Shown: positions 9,906-19,967 of the stretch, piece by piece
How positions within the stretch are numbered: the stretch's first letter is position 1
Layout of the letters: each line of letters opens with the position of its first letter
Source of the DNA: a virus
DNA: 64,000 nt
Strand: one strand, 5' to 3'
Virus record (IMG/VR): IMGVR_UViG_3300046012_000505
Coordinates: 1 to 64,000 of that record
Position numbers and translations under genes: made by a program
Notes under the pieces: generated by a model
Told to the model about the DNA's origin: nothing
Databases searched by the model: none
The model's input: only the letters and a program-made list of their open reading frames with translations

Positions 9906-10367
9906 TTACGCCGCTGCGGGCGCTGCCCTCACGACGAACAGCGCGCCGATCTGCGGGCCAAGCTGTCGCTCGTACAGCCTGATCTTTGCCTGCGTGCGCT
10001 CGTTGGAGAGCACACCCATCAACAGCGGGCGCTCAAGTTCGCCGGCGGCGTACTTAGCCCATTGCAGCAGCGACTTCGCGTGCTCCGACTTCCGATACGG
10101 CTCGGACACGAAGTTCCATAGGTCTTCGATGTGCTGGTTCTGCGAATACCACCAGTTTCCCACGTAGAGTCCGACGCTCGCCTCGATCACGCCGTCTCCC
10201 CGGATGACGCCGATCACGGCGCGATCACGGTTGATGCCGCGGCCAAGCGCCGCCCTGACCATCGGCTCATCCATCGGCGCCAAGCCGTTCTCGGCGTGCA
10301 TTTCCCTGAGCAGAACCATCATCGGCTCTGCATCGGACGGGGTGGCGAGGCGGACCTCTGAGGGCAT
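9906..10367 (-). CDS. GNAT-family acetyltransferase of the virion module
   Basis: VRLATPSD...FVSEPYRKSEHAKSLL...RLYER. Confidence 0.8.
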   Translation of the reverse strand: MPSEVRLATPSDAEPMMVLLREMHAENGLAPMDEPMVRAALGRGINRDRAVIGVIRGDGVIEASVGLYVGNWWYSQNQHIEDLWNFVSEPYRKSEHAKSLLQWAKYAAGELERPLLMGVLSNERTQAKIRLYERQLGPQIGALFVVRAAPAAA

Positions 10368-10375
10368 GACGATCC

Positions 10376-10777
10376 TTAGGGGTTGATGGCCTGCCGCTCA
10401 TCGTGCGACGCACCGCGCTCGAAGTGCGCGAGCTCGCGCCGAATCCACGCTTTGAGGCCGACGAGCAATTCCGCATGGTCGCCGAACTGCTGCTCCATCG
10501 TCTTGGCCGCCTCGGCGACCGGCGCGGCCTGCGACACGATGGTTTCGGCGGCGGTCACGGCGCCGGCGAACGCGGCGGCCTGACCCTTCGCCTGGGCGGC
10601 CGCTCCGCCGATTTCCGCGCCGACCAGCGGTGCGGCGGTCTCGGCGACCTTCTCGATCGTATCGAGTGACGCCTGCTGATTGCCGGCCTGCGCGTCGGCC
10701 TGCGCATGGTCGCCGAGCGTCGGGCCGGCGGCGGGTCCTGCGTTTGGGGAATCGTTGCTCTGATCGTCCATGGTCAA
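10376..10777 (-). CDS. Hypothetical protein
   Basis: SD AAGGAG; operonic. Confidence 0.6.
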   Translation of the reverse strand: MTMDDQSNDSPNAGPAAGPTLGDHAQADAQAGNQQASLDTIEKVAETAAPLVGAEIGGAAAQAKGQAAAFAGAVTAAETIVSQAAPVAEAAKTMEQQFGDHAELLVGLKAWIRRELAHFERGASHDERQAINP

Positions 10778-10793
10778 CTCCTTCTATGGCCGG

Positions 10794-11486
10794 TCAACGG
10801 GCCGGCCCTGGCAATTTCTGCATCTGCTTGATCGTCTTGGCGCGGACGTGTTTCACAAACGCGTCCAGCACGTTATGCCCCCGTCGCAGGGCGAGCTTCT
10901 TGTGGCCCGGGCTCCCATTCGGGTTTCCGCCGCCCAGATTCGGGTGATACGCCACCACCTCCGGCGGGATCACGACCTCGCCACCAGCCGCGACGATCGG
11001 CACGCGGCCCTCGTCGACGCCACCAGACCCGCCGCCGTGCGCGAGGTGCGAGGCGGCTGGCGCGTGCGGGATCGTTGAGCCGCCATGGCGCGGCGCGGCA
11101 TGAATACCGTACGGCATCGAGCCGAACATCTTGTCCGTGACGGCGGCGCCGGCCATCGTATTGCCCTCGCCGAGACCGGAAACGACGTCCGCCGGCAGCA
11201 CGTAGGCGCCGGCGGGGACGTCGAGATTGTGGATGTCGGTGCGCCCGGGCCCGGTCGACTTTATGAGGCCAGCGTTGAAGGGTCTGCCCTTCGACTCCTC
11301 CTCATGATACGCCTCGCGGGCGCCGAACGTCGGCGATGGTGGCGTATAGCCGCCGGCGGCGCGCGCCGTGCGCCGCGCAGTGTTCAATGCGATCGCAATG
11401 GCTTGCTGCCTCGGCTTCCCGGCAGACAACTCGCGCCGGATGTTCTCCGACACGGCACCCCGACTATCGCCCTGAACCAGCGGCAT
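10794..11486 (-). CDS. Virion-associated protein
   Basis: SENIRREL..GKPRQQAIAIAL and GPGRTD..P.GAYVLPADVVS motifs seen in phage virion proteins. Confidence 0.7.
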   Translation of the reverse strand: MPLVQGDSRGAVSENIRRELSAGKPRQQAIAIALNTARRTARAAGGYTPPSPTFGAREAYHEEESKGRPFNAGLIKSTGPGRTDIHNLDVPAGAYVLPADVVSGLGEGNTMAGAAVTDKMFGSMPYGIHAAPRHGGSTIPHAPAASHLAHGGGSGGVDEGRVPIVAAGGEVVIPPEVVAYHPNLGGGNPNGSPGHKKLALRRGHNVLDAFVKHVRAKTIKQMQKLPGPAR

Positions 11487-11542
11487 TCAATAACTCCACG
11501 GGCCGTGAATATACACAACCCGCCAGCGGATGCCAATACCGC

Positions 11543-12181
11543 CTAATTGATGAACGTCACGGCCATGCCCATGCCCAGCACGTCATCCGCAGCCCCTGTA
11601 GTCGGACTGGCACCGGTGACCTTGAGCACGATGGCGCCCGAATCGGTCTCCGCCCCGTTGATCGGCAGGGCAGCCGCGAACAGCACCGCCCCCGCCTCGC
11701 CGCGGCCGGTCCCGATCTGCACGTTGGCGGCCTGCTTGAATATCTCCATCCGGATATACCAGCCGACGCCGCTCCCGGTCTGCACGCCGGACGAATAGGA
11801 CGAGGCGCCAAAGAACAGCTTGACCGTCTTGTTATCGGCGTTGGCGGCGAATTTGCCGAACGCCTCGATGACGACCCCGCGGCCGACCACGTCGAACGAG
11901 CTGGCCGGGAGCGTGTAGGTGAACAGGGTGTCGTCCGTCGTGTCGGCGCCGTTGCCGATGCCGGCAACGGAGAATTGCGACGAGAGCCGGCCCATCGGCT
12001 CGACGGTGCCGATTCCGACCGCGCCGGCGTTGATGACCGGCGGTATCTTGAACGTGTTCGTCCCGGTGAGCGTTTGGTCGCCCGCAACCGAGAGATAGGT
12101 GGCACCCATCGTCTTCGCGACATTGTTGATCGCGACGACGGCGTTCTTGATCGCGGTGACGACGTCATTGAGACTGCTCAT
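11543..12181 (-). CDS. Tail-associated protein
   Basis: Beta-rich; ATGA-coupled to upstream tail gene. Confidence 0.6.
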   Translation of the reverse strand: MSSLNDVVTAIKNAVVAINNVAKTMGATYLSVAGDQTLTGTNTFKIPPVINAGAVGIGTVEPMGRLSSQFSVAGIGNGADTTDDTLFTYTLPASSFDVVGRGVVIEAFGKFAANADNKTVKLFFGASSYSSGVQTGSGVGWYIRMEIFKQAANVQIGTGRGEAGAVLFAAALPINGAETDSGAIVLKVTGASPTTGAADDVLGMGMAVTFIN

Positions 12182-14205
12182 CGCTTACCCGCCGGCGCGC
12201 CGTTATGGAGGATCGACCCCGTTCTCAAAAACACCCCAAGCGCGCTCGTCTCGACCTTGAGAGAGACATATCGGCCGCGGCCGCGCACGATGACGTATTG
12301 GGTGCTCGGCGTGATCGTGAAGGGCCCGAAGGTCTGCACCGGCACATTCGGCGCCGGATAATCGGTCATCACCACCGTGAGCAGCGCGCTGGCGTTGGCG
12401 GGCGGCGCTATGCCAGGCGTCGGCGCCCAGATGAAGTCCGGGATCATGCGCTCGAGGAAGATGTAGTCCGTGCCCCCGTCGAGCAGGAAATAGCCGCTCT
12501 GCCAGTAACTATCGAGCGCGATACCGTCATTGTCGTAGACGCCCGGGAGATCGTGCTGCTGCATGAGCGCGTTGCCGTCGACGCCGATCGGCGGCCCGAG
12601 CGCCGACTGGTCGACCCATGTGGTCCGGACGAGGTTGCCGCAGCACCACGCTTGGTCGACGGTGTTGTAGGTCACGAAACTGTCGATCTCGCCGGTGCCG
12701 GTCGCCGACGGGAAATAGAACGTGATCTCGTTGAACAGCGAATTGACGGCCGCGTGGATCTTGTCGACCTGCTGCGCGTTGAGGTTCTTGAAGATGAAAT
12801 CCCAGACCGTGCAGGGCAGATCGCGAACGCCCTGCCCGTCGAGGATGTAGAAGCTGCGCTGACCCATCCAGACGACGCGCTCGCCGATGACGCCCGCCGC
12901 GTGCCCGGCGACCAGCCCGACCTCGGACGCCACTTTCGTGAATCCGAAGACGAGTGGCGGCTGCACATACTGCATCGCCCACAGGTCGACGTCCGTCCAG
13001 ATCAGACCCTGCTGCGGCGCCTGCACGCCGCCGACAATGCGCGATCCGGTCGGCAGCCGGAAGGAGCCCGCCTGATTGAGCGCCGTCGCCGTCCAGACGG
13101 TGAAGTCGCTGGCATCGGTCCAGCGGATCAGGTTGGGGTCTTGGGTGCCGCTCGTCTCGGCGCCGAGCGCGACGAATATCTGCTGCGGCATCGCGACGAA
13201 CGACGCCGTCATCATCGTCGGGCCGTTCGGCACCAACGTCGCCGGCACCTCGCTCGGCGGTGCCCAGTAGTAGGACGGCCCGTTCGTGTAGTTGCCGATC
13301 AAATCTTGGCCCCAGTTGTCGAGGAACCACTGCCTGACCGGGATGAGGACTGACCCCGGCGACGCTCCGCCATAATCGCCGCCGCCATAATCGCCAGCGC
13401 CGTATCCCGACGTCGCCGTGGCCGACGCGCTGCCGGATGGGATCAGGTACTGGTACTGTGCGTCGCCACCGTTTTCCGACCCCGTCGCATCGGCGTTCGC
13501 GTTGCCGCCCGGCGCGATGAAGAACGTGTTGGCCGTCACCGGAGCGGTGACGACAAACGTGCCAAGAATCACCACCGTGGCTACGGTCGTGGAAATCTGC
13601 ACCGTAAAAAGGTCGCCCGCGATCAGGCCGTGATCGTCAAGGGTGACCTCGATATCCGGCGACCCGTTCGTCGTCGTGAACAGCGGCACCGCCCCGCCGC
13701 CGGTGACACCCGCCGTCGCGTTGCTTGCCGCCGTGATCGTGTAGTTGTCGGCGTCGACGACGGTCTGGACGAGGTAAAACCCCTGGATGATGAGGCCGCC
13801 GACCGATATCGGGACGAAAATATCGACCCAGTCGCCAGCCTCGGCGCCGTGGCCCGTGTCCGTCACGGTGACGGTGGCCGAGCCCAACACCGTCGTGAGC
13901 GCCACGGCGACGTCGTGCGTCACGCGGAGCGGCGTGACGTCGAGGATTTGGCCGCCGGCGAACACCTCGAGCCGCTGGTTGGTGCCCTCAGCGAGGTACG
14001 GGTTGCCGCCGAGGTCGGACCAGACGTGCGAGCCGCGCGCGGTCCCGATCAGCGCCGTCGACGAGATGCGCTGCCAGCCGCCGATTTTCTCTGCCAGGCC
14101 GTCCTTGAAGCGCGCGAACGCGGACGAGCTGTAACCGCCCTCATTGAGAGCCGGCGTATACTGCTGGTTGACGCCCGGCCGGATTTTGAGTGGCGCGAAG
14201 CCCAT
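12178..14205 (-). CDS. Tail stabilization/nozzle protein (P22 gp10-like) with two inserted beta domains
   Basis: 675 aa beta-propeller-like; KIGGW, DNWGQDLI, IRWTD, NSLFNEITFYFPS. Confidence 0.7.
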   Translation of the reverse strand: MGFAPLKIRPGVNQQYTPALNEGGYSSSAFARFKDGLAEKIGGWQRISSTALIGTARGSHVWSDLGGNPYLAEGTNQRLEVFAGGQILDVTPLRVTHDVAVALTTVLGSATVTVTDTGHGAEAGDWVDIFVPISVGGLIIQGFYLVQTVVDADNYTITAASNATAGVTGGGAVPLFTTTNGSPDIEVTLDDHGLIAGDLFTVQISTTVATVVILGTFVVTAPVTANTFFIAPGGNANADATGSENGGDAQYQYLIPSGSASATATSGYGAGDYGGGDYGGASPGSVLIPVRQWFLDNWGQDLIGNYTNGPSYYWAPPSEVPATLVPNGPTMMTASFVAMPQQIFVALGAETSGTQDPNLIRWTDASDFTVWTATALNQAGSFRLPTGSRIVGGVQAPQQGLIWTDVDLWAMQYVQPPLVFGFTKVASEVGLVAGHAAGVIGERVVWMGQRSFYILDGQGVRDLPCTVWDFIFKNLNAQQVDKIHAAVNSLFNEITFYFPSATGTGEIDSFVTYNTVDQAWCCGNLVRTTWVDQSALGPPIGVDGNALMQQHDLPGVYDNDGIALDSYWQSGYFLLDGGTDYIFLERMIPDFIWAPTPGIAPPANASALLTVVMTDYPAPNVPVQTFGPFTITPSTQYVIVRGRGRYVSLKVETSALGVFLRTGSILHNGAPAGKR

Positions 14206-14391
14206 CTGTTGCGCGCAGCCGCTGTCGGGCAGGCGACTCGCGGGCGTCGCAAGGCGCGGCCAGGAAGATCAGCGGCCCGCAGCGCGCAGAGCCAACGGTA
14301 TTCTACGCGGTCGGCAGATGGGGCGCAACGCGGGTTTGCATGGTTGCCGCCGGGCGGCGGGCGGTGGTAGGAAGACGGCGAGGGGACGGGC

Positions 14392-15528
14392 ATGACAGAA
14401 CCGAAGCCGCTATTCGTCTTTGGCATCGCGCGATCGGGGACGAACCTCATCGCGCGGATGCTCGATCTCCATCCTTCCGTCGAGATCGCGCTCGATCCCT
14501 TTCTTGCGCTGTTCAAATCATTCCGAAACGCCGCTCAATCGGCGGCCGGCTTGCCGTTCGATCCCGGCGCGCCGTTTCAAGACTATTACTTCGCCCCTGG
14601 CTCCGCCGCTGCTCTCGACGCGATCCTCGCCGCCGATCTCAGCCTGCCGCTCGACCCCGCCGAGCTTCCCGCGCTGCGCGAGCGCATCGCCGGGCGGGCC
14701 GGTCTCGAGGCCGCCGATATCCCGCCCTTCCTCGCGCGTCTGTCCGGCGCGACCTATCGCGAGGCGTTCGCCAGCGGCCTCGCTCTCGTCGCCGCCGCGC
14801 GCGCCAGCGCCATAACCGAATGGGTCGGCGTCAAGGAGTTGTGGACGCTCGAATTCCTGCCGACGCTCGCCCGCGCTTTTCCAGACGCGAAATTCATCAT
14901 CGTCGAACGTGATCCGCGCGCGGTCATCGCCTCGCTGCAAGCAATGGCAGACCGCGACCCGACGCAAGCGGCGCATGCCCCGTCGTATCTCAGGCACTGG
15001 CGCAAGGGCATCGTGCTGGCGCGCCGCTTCGCCGCCGACGCCGCGCTCGGGCCACGCCTCGCCATCGTGCGCTACGAGGATGTCGTCGCCGACCTCGCCG
15101 CCCATGCGCGGCTTTGCCGCTTTCTCGATCTCGTCGAATCGGCCGCGCCCGATCTACGCCGCGCGCCCGACCGGATCGCCGGCGGGGAATGGCTCGGCAA
15201 CAGCAGCTTTGGCGCGCTGCATGGCGTCTCGCCCGCCTCGCTCGACCGCTGGCGGGACAACCTGACGCCGGCGGCGGTCGCTGCCGCCGAAATCATGTGC
15301 GGGCCGGAAATGATGCGCGCCGGCTATGCCGCTAGCCTCGCCGAGCCAGCGCCGGGCGCCCTGCTCGATTTTCTCGCGGCTTCCGATCGCGCGCCGGGCG
15401 GCTGGCGCAGCGATAGTGGCGACGCATTCGCCGAATTCGGCAACGAGGTTTCGCGATCACTGATCGCCGCCGGACAGATCGAGCCCGGTCGCGATACGCT
15501 GAGGCGGTGCTTTTTGGTCGACGGCTAA
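14392..15528 (+). CDS. Sulfotransferase-family protein, antisense within tail genes
   Basis: LFVFGIARSGTNL (5'-PSB), IIVERDPRAVIAS (3'-PB), IVRYEDVV. Confidence 0.8.
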   Translation: MTEPKPLFVFGIARSGTNLIARMLDLHPSVEIALDPFLALFKSFRNAAQSAAGLPFDPGAPFQDYYFAPGSAAALDAILAADLSLPLDPAELPALRERIAGRAGLEAADIPPFLARLSGATYREAFASGLALVAAARASAITEWVGVKELWTLEFLPTLARAFPDAKFIIVERDPRAVIASLQAMADRDPTQAAHAPSYLRHWRKGIVLARRFAADAALGPRLAIVRYEDVVADLAAHARLCRFLDLVESAAPDLRRAPDRIAGGEWLGNSSFGALHGVSPASLDRWRDNLTPAAVAAAEIMCGPEMMRAGYAASLAEPAPGALLDFLAASDRAPGGWRSDSGDAFAEFGNEVSRSLIAAGQIEPGRDTLRRCFLVDG

Positions 15529-16847
15529 TTGCCGATCGCCGCCCAAAAGATGGTCTGCGGGTTCGACGATCCGTTGAAAATCGCGATTTGCGAAGTGGAC
15601 ACGGTGACCGAGCACGAGTTCGCCGGTGGCGAGTTGATATCGTAGGTGGCGAAGGCTGCAAAAACGGCGCCGGGGAACCCTGTAGGGAAGTTGACTGACG
15701 CGCTGCTCGATCCCGAAACGCTGGCCGATCCCCACTGGATAATCAGCCCGCCCGGCAGCTTGTAATAGCCGCTCGAACCGATTGACTTGTTCCCCGCGAA
15801 GCCTGCCGCCGTCAGCCATTGCGTCGCATCGGTTCCGGCCAGCGTCGTTGCCGCCGAGGCCGCCATCGACGCGATCGTCGCCGTCTTCGCCGCGTTGCTC
15901 GCCGCCGCATCCTGGATGACGAGGCTGTCCGAGGTGGTTGGCGTCGCCTTCGTCAGGAGGTCGGACGGTTCCAGATTGGCCGTGATGACTCCCGTCGCAG
16001 CGGAGAAGCTCAATCCGCCATTGGTCGCGTCGGTGATCGAGGCGACGCCCGACGCCGTACCCGAGATAATCTGAAACTGCGTGCCGTCGTATTCGATCTC
16101 GACAAGATCGCCGTTCTGTATCTCGCCGCCGATGCAGGCCGCAGGAGACCCGGTCGGCACCTTCCGAAATACGTTCTTCGCGCCAATGCTGTCGATGTTG
16201 ACCGTCGTCGCCCCGCTGTTCGCCGCTGTCGCGGTGAACGAGTATTTCGCTCCCGTCACGTACGAGGCGGCCGCCGGCGAGTAGGCCAGCGTGATCGCGT
16301 TGCCGGTTCCGCCCACGGTCGGGCGCGTGAAGATTTCCGACGTCGAGATGGTCAGATTGTCGGCCGCCAGGCCGCCCACGGTCAGCGCGCCGCCTACGGT
16401 CAACGCACCGACGAACGCATCGAACCGCTCGGCGATATTCGTCCCGTCGCTTTTCAGCATGACGGTTTGGCCCTGCGGCACGACAACCGTGGCCCCCGGC
16501 GTGCCGACGACCGCGATCGTCAGCGTGAACGCGCCGGACGTCGAATTCTTGACCGAGAAGAACCGATTCCGGCTGGCCGGCCAGAACACGCTGATGTCGC
16601 CGGTCAAGGCGCCCGTGAATATGAAATCCTGGTTGCGTGCCTGATCGGGAGCGCCCTGCACGCTCGCCAGGGTGACGTCCGCGTTGCCCGCGACGCTGAG
16701 GGACAGGATACCCGCGATGGCGCTGTCGATCAGCGTCATGTCCGTGTTGAGGAGCGTACCCCACGCGTTCGCCACGGCCGGGTCGAACGGCGTCGGCTCC
16801 GTCAAGAGGAGGTTCGCGCTGAAAGTCGAGATAGCAGCCTCCAACAA
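15525..16847 (-). CDS. Tail fiber/spike protein (start possibly ATC at 16832)
   Basis: Thr/Ala/Gly-rich; N-terminal WGTLLN; C-terminal GYYKLPGGLIIQWG tail-fiber domain. Confidence 0.75.
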   Translation of the reverse strand: MLEAAISTFSANLLLTEPTPFDPAVANAWGTLLNTDMTLIDSAIAGILSLSVAGNADVTLASVQGAPDQARNQDFIFTGALTGDISVFWPASRNRFFSVKNSTSGAFTLTIAVVGTPGATVVVPQGQTVMLKSDGTNIAERFDAFVGALTVGGALTVGGLAADNLTISTSEIFTRPTVGGTGNAITLAYSPAAASYVTGAKYSFTATAANSGATTVNIDSIGAKNVFRKVPTGSPAACIGGEIQNGDLVEIEYDGTQFQIISGTASGVASITDATNGGLSFSAATGVITANLEPSDLLTKATPTTSDSLVIQDAAASNAAKTATIASMAASAATTLAGTDATQWLTAAGFAGNKSIGSSGYYKLPGGLIIQWGSASVSGSSSASVNFPTGFPGAVFAAFATYDINSPPANSCSVTVSTSQIAIFNGSSNPQTIFWAAIGN

Positions 16848-16973
16848 ATCGCTGTTGGTCGGCTACTCGCGAGCATCGCAATAAGCTGGCCGGTTGACAC
16901 GCCCCGCAGCACGCCGGGCAGGCGCTATTCTACGCTGTCAGCGGGCTGGGTGCAACGGCGGCTCCACGGCCCG

Positions 16974-17717
16974 TCAAGTCTGAGGCGGCGTTGCGAGCGG
17001 CGCCGGTGTACGCGAAGTCCAACCCTGGCTCGACCATTTTTTCCGGGCTTCCTCAACGTCCGCCGACTTGAGCAGCGTCTGAAACTGGCTCTCCCACGAC
17101 ACGGCGGTTTGCGGGTCCGATGACATCCCGCCAAAATCGCGCTGGAATCCGTACCACCACACAAGGCTGCCGGCGAGGAACAGGTCCGGGAGATACGTCG
17201 TCAGAAACGTCGTCGTGTTAGCCGCGCTCAACGGCGCCGGCCGCTGCGTCCCAAAGCACTCCACCGTGTAGGCGATATCCGGTGCCGGCGCGACCAGCAC
17301 GCTTACCTGATCCACCGGGCACCAGAACGTCGGCACGCTCGGCGCCGCCGGCGCTGTATCGCTCGGCCACATCGCCTCGAGAGCTTCCTTCGCCATCGGC
17401 AGCAGCGGCGGTTGCCGCACCCCGCCGACGAACACCGCCAGCTGCTCAAGCACCACGTAGACACCCTGATCGGTCGGCAGCGTGAATGTCCGGCTGTCGG
17501 GCGTCAGGGCACCCGTCCTGTCCGTCACCCGCGTCAGCAGCAGGTCGACCTCGCGGTAAATCCGCTGCTCGGCATACTCGATCGCCCGCGGATACGCGAT
17601 GTTGAAGGCTGCGTTCGATGACGGCGAGGCCGACGCCGCATCGGTGATCGTGCCGTCATACTGCAGCAGCACCGCGACGGCGTTGATCCATTCGCTGTAC
17701 GAATACCCTAGCGCCAT
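16974..17717 (-). CDS. Head-tail adaptor / tail tubular-type protein
   Basis: IEYAEQRIYRE...LVAPAPD..Y...FLTTYLPDLFL. Confidence 0.7.
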   Translation of the reverse strand: MALGYSYSEWINAVAVLLQYDGTITDAASASPSSNAAFNIAYPRAIEYAEQRIYREVDLLLTRVTDRTGALTPDSRTFTLPTDQGVYVVLEQLAVFVGGVRQPPLLPMAKEALEAMWPSDTAPAAPSVPTFWCPVDQVSVLVAPAPDIAYTVECFGTQRPAPLSAANTTTFLTTYLPDLFLAGSLVWWYGFQRDFGGMSSDPQTAVSWESQFQTLLKSADVEEARKKWSSQGWTSRTPAPLATPPQT

Positions 17718-17720
17718 CGG

Positions 17721-18050
17721 TCACTCGTCCCAGATTTGCAGCGATGGATTCGGCGGGGTCGCTGACTGAGTCGCCGACTCGCCGACATCCTCGGCGGCGT
17801 AGTTTTCAGGCCGCGGGTTTGCCACCGGGACGGGATCAGGCGGAATGATGCGGGCGCGCAGCTGCTCGTTGGGCACGTCTAAACACGGCCGGCATACAAG
17901 AACCTGTAAGTTGATGAGCTTAGTGCCGGCCCAGCCCCATTGGAATTGCAAATCCCGAAGATTGAAAAGTCGGGAGCACCGATCACAGACCGCGAATGCG
18001 CGCGGCGATCTTGGGTCGACACGCGCGTGACCATGGAATCGCCATGCCAT
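17721..18050 (-). CDS. Small Cys-containing morphogenesis protein
   Basis: AVCDRC...LVCRPCLD...PDPVPVANPRP. Confidence 0.7.
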   Translation of the reverse strand: MAWRFHGHARVDPRSPRAFAVCDRCSRLFNLRDLQFQWGWAGTKLINLQVLVCRPCLDVPNEQLRARIIPPDPVPVANPRPENYAAEDVGESATQSATPPNPSLQIWDE

Positions 18051-18056
18051 GTCAGG

Positions 18057-19253
18057 TCACCGGTAATACGACGAGAGGCCGGGAGAGATAAACAGACCGA
18101 CTCCCTCCTCGGCATCCTGCTTAGACGCCTTCATCCAAGCCTCTGCCGCCTCCTGCTTCAATTCCGCGACTGTGGTCGGCGGCGGCGGCGGGAACTTCCG
18201 CGCGAGCTTGGCAGCCAGGCCGGACGCGAACGCCTCAAAAAACCGCTGCGGCATGTCCATGGTGACGCCGCCGTTCATCACGGCATCCTGGATCTGTGTG
18301 ACGGTCCATGCGTAGAGCACATACGGCCCGTTGCCGTCCGGCACCATCCACAGCGTCGCGGTCGGATTGATCGTGCGGAGGAAGAACACACTGGTCGGAA
18401 ACCCCTGCTCCTCCTTGTTCGGCTGGGCCGCGTATTCGGTGCGCGAGATCGGGACAATGACGCGATCGAGCGGCGCGACGTTCGGCAATTGGTTCTCGAG
18501 TTGCGCCTGCCCCGCGTTCTCCGATACGGTCTCGCCGGATGCCGCATTCGCCGGCGCCGTGATCGTGAACACGCTAGAGCTCGTCACTGAAGCGACCGCA
18601 TACGAGCCAGAGAGCGTCAGGCCGCCTACCGTGACCGCCACCGGGACCGAGAACGGCACGCCGACCACGAGACCGTGGTTCGCCAGCGTCACGGTCACAG
18701 TGGGTGAGCCCAGCGTGGTCGCGAACGACGGCGTCAACCCGCCGGCAACCACCGAGCTCGTCGCGTTGCTCGCTGCGGCGATCGTGTAATTGTTGACGTC
18801 GACGACCGCGGCGATCTCGTAGAAGCCGAAAAGCACGATGCCGCCGACGGCGATCTGCACCACGACCGACATCCAGTTTCCGACCGCCATTCCGTGATTC
18901 GGCTGGTTGACATTCACGCTCGCCGAGCCAAGCGTCGTCGTGAAGACGCTCGACAGGTTGACCGGGTTACCGACCTGAAATTGCCGGATGAACCAGTCCG
19001 TGACCGCGATCACATTCGTCGGCAGCGCGTAAGTCGCGACGCCGGGCACCGTCGGGATGGCGAGGAGGTCTTGCTTCCAGGCGTTGGGCCCATCTTCGAC
19101 ATTCCAATCCGCAAGCAGCAGATTCGCGCTCATGCGGGCTTGGTAAAAATGATTCGCCGTGAGCGACGGCGGATGTATCTGGCAACGCGCGAAAGCCTCG
19201 AGCGTGAGATCGCCGAGGCTAGGCGCGAACGCAGTGGTGCCGCTGGATACCAC
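18057..19253 (-). CDS. Head-tail adaptor-like protein with two inserted beta domains
   Basis: EAFARC...ARMSANLLLADW...ISRTEY..PNK..QGFP...PQRFFEAFASGLA. Confidence 0.7.
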   Translation of the reverse strand: MVSSGTTAFAPSLGDLTLEAFARCQIHPPSLTANHFYQARMSANLLLADWNVEDGPNAWKQDLLAIPTVPGVATYALPTNVIAVTDWFIRQFQVGNPVNLSSVFTTTLGSASVNVNQPNHGMAVGNWMSVVVQIAVGGIVLFGFYEIAAVVDVNNYTIAAASNATSSVVAGGLTPSFATTLGSPTVTVTLANHGLVVGVPFSVPVAVTVGGLTLSGSYAVASVTSSSVFTITAPANAASGETVSENAGQAQLENQLPNVAPLDRVIVPISRTEYAAQPNKEEQGFPTSVFFLRTINPTATLWMVPDGNGPYVLYAWTVTQIQDAVMNGGVTMDMPQRFFEAFASGLAAKLARKFPPPPPTTVAELKQEAAEAWMKASKQDAEEGVGLFISPGLSSYYR

Positions 19254-19262
19254 CGCGGCTCC

Positions 19263-19931
19263 TTACCCGCCCTTGCCGCCCGCCTGCCGAACGACCAGCG
19301 TGGCGGCGCCCGGGTTGGTCTGCGAGTTCAGCGTGAGCCGGACCCACGCCGGCGGAGCGGTATAGACGTCGTTCGCCTTGATCGTCTGGCTGGCGAGGTT
19401 GGGGTGCGGCTGCCAGGTCATTGACTGCACTGGCACCGCGACCTGCGGCAGCATGAGGTTGGGATCATCGACCGACGACTCGACGGTGTAGTTGACGACA
19501 CCGGTGACATCGACACCGAGATCGACCGGCCCGAACCCCATGTCATCCAACCGCGCCCACGCCGAGCTCGCCACGCCGTTCGTGCCGACGGTCACGGCCG
19601 CGGTCCAGCCGCCGCCGGCCGGCGTCGCCGAAATCAGGGTCTTGTAGTCGAGGACGGACGCGACCGTTCCGCCGGCGCCGGACGGCACAGCGAGCGTCTC
19701 GCCCTGCCTGGCGCCATAGCGATCGGTTCCGACCAGCACCAGCGTGCGCGCGCCGCCCTCGTTGCCGTAGGTCAGCAGGACGCGCCGTGGCGCATCGAGC
19801 GTGGCGACGCCGCCGGACACCAGCGAACCGTTGAGGGTCAGCGCCGTGCCGGACGTCGGCGTCTGTGATAGGGCGATGTTGTTCGCCGACGGGGCCGCAA
19901 GAGGACCGGCAGTCAGGGTGATGGGCCGCAC
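19263..19931 (-). CDS. Structural protein
   Basis: SD AAGGAG; N-terminus resembles part of 20534-21463 (IALSQTPTSGTALTL / IAAAQVPTAGTPLTL). Confidence 0.65.
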   Translation of the reverse strand: MRPITLTAGPLAAPSANNIALSQTPTSGTALTLNGSLVSGGVATLDAPRRVLLTYGNEGGARTLVLVGTDRYGARQGETLAVPSGAGGTVASVLDYKTLISATPAGGGWTAAVTVGTNGVASSAWARLDDMGFGPVDLGVDVTGVVNYTVESSVDDPNLMLPQVAVPVQSMTWQPHPNLASQTIKANDVYTAPPAWVRLTLNSQTNPGAATLVVRQAGGKGG

Positions 19932-19967
19932 GATCAGCGCTCCTTTACTGAGGCGCCGGTTAAGCCC

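Noticed and set aside
10267-10385. Second CCC-TAA gene end
   Set aside because: The +1 frame does not join the GNAT gene and gives a short featureless tail.
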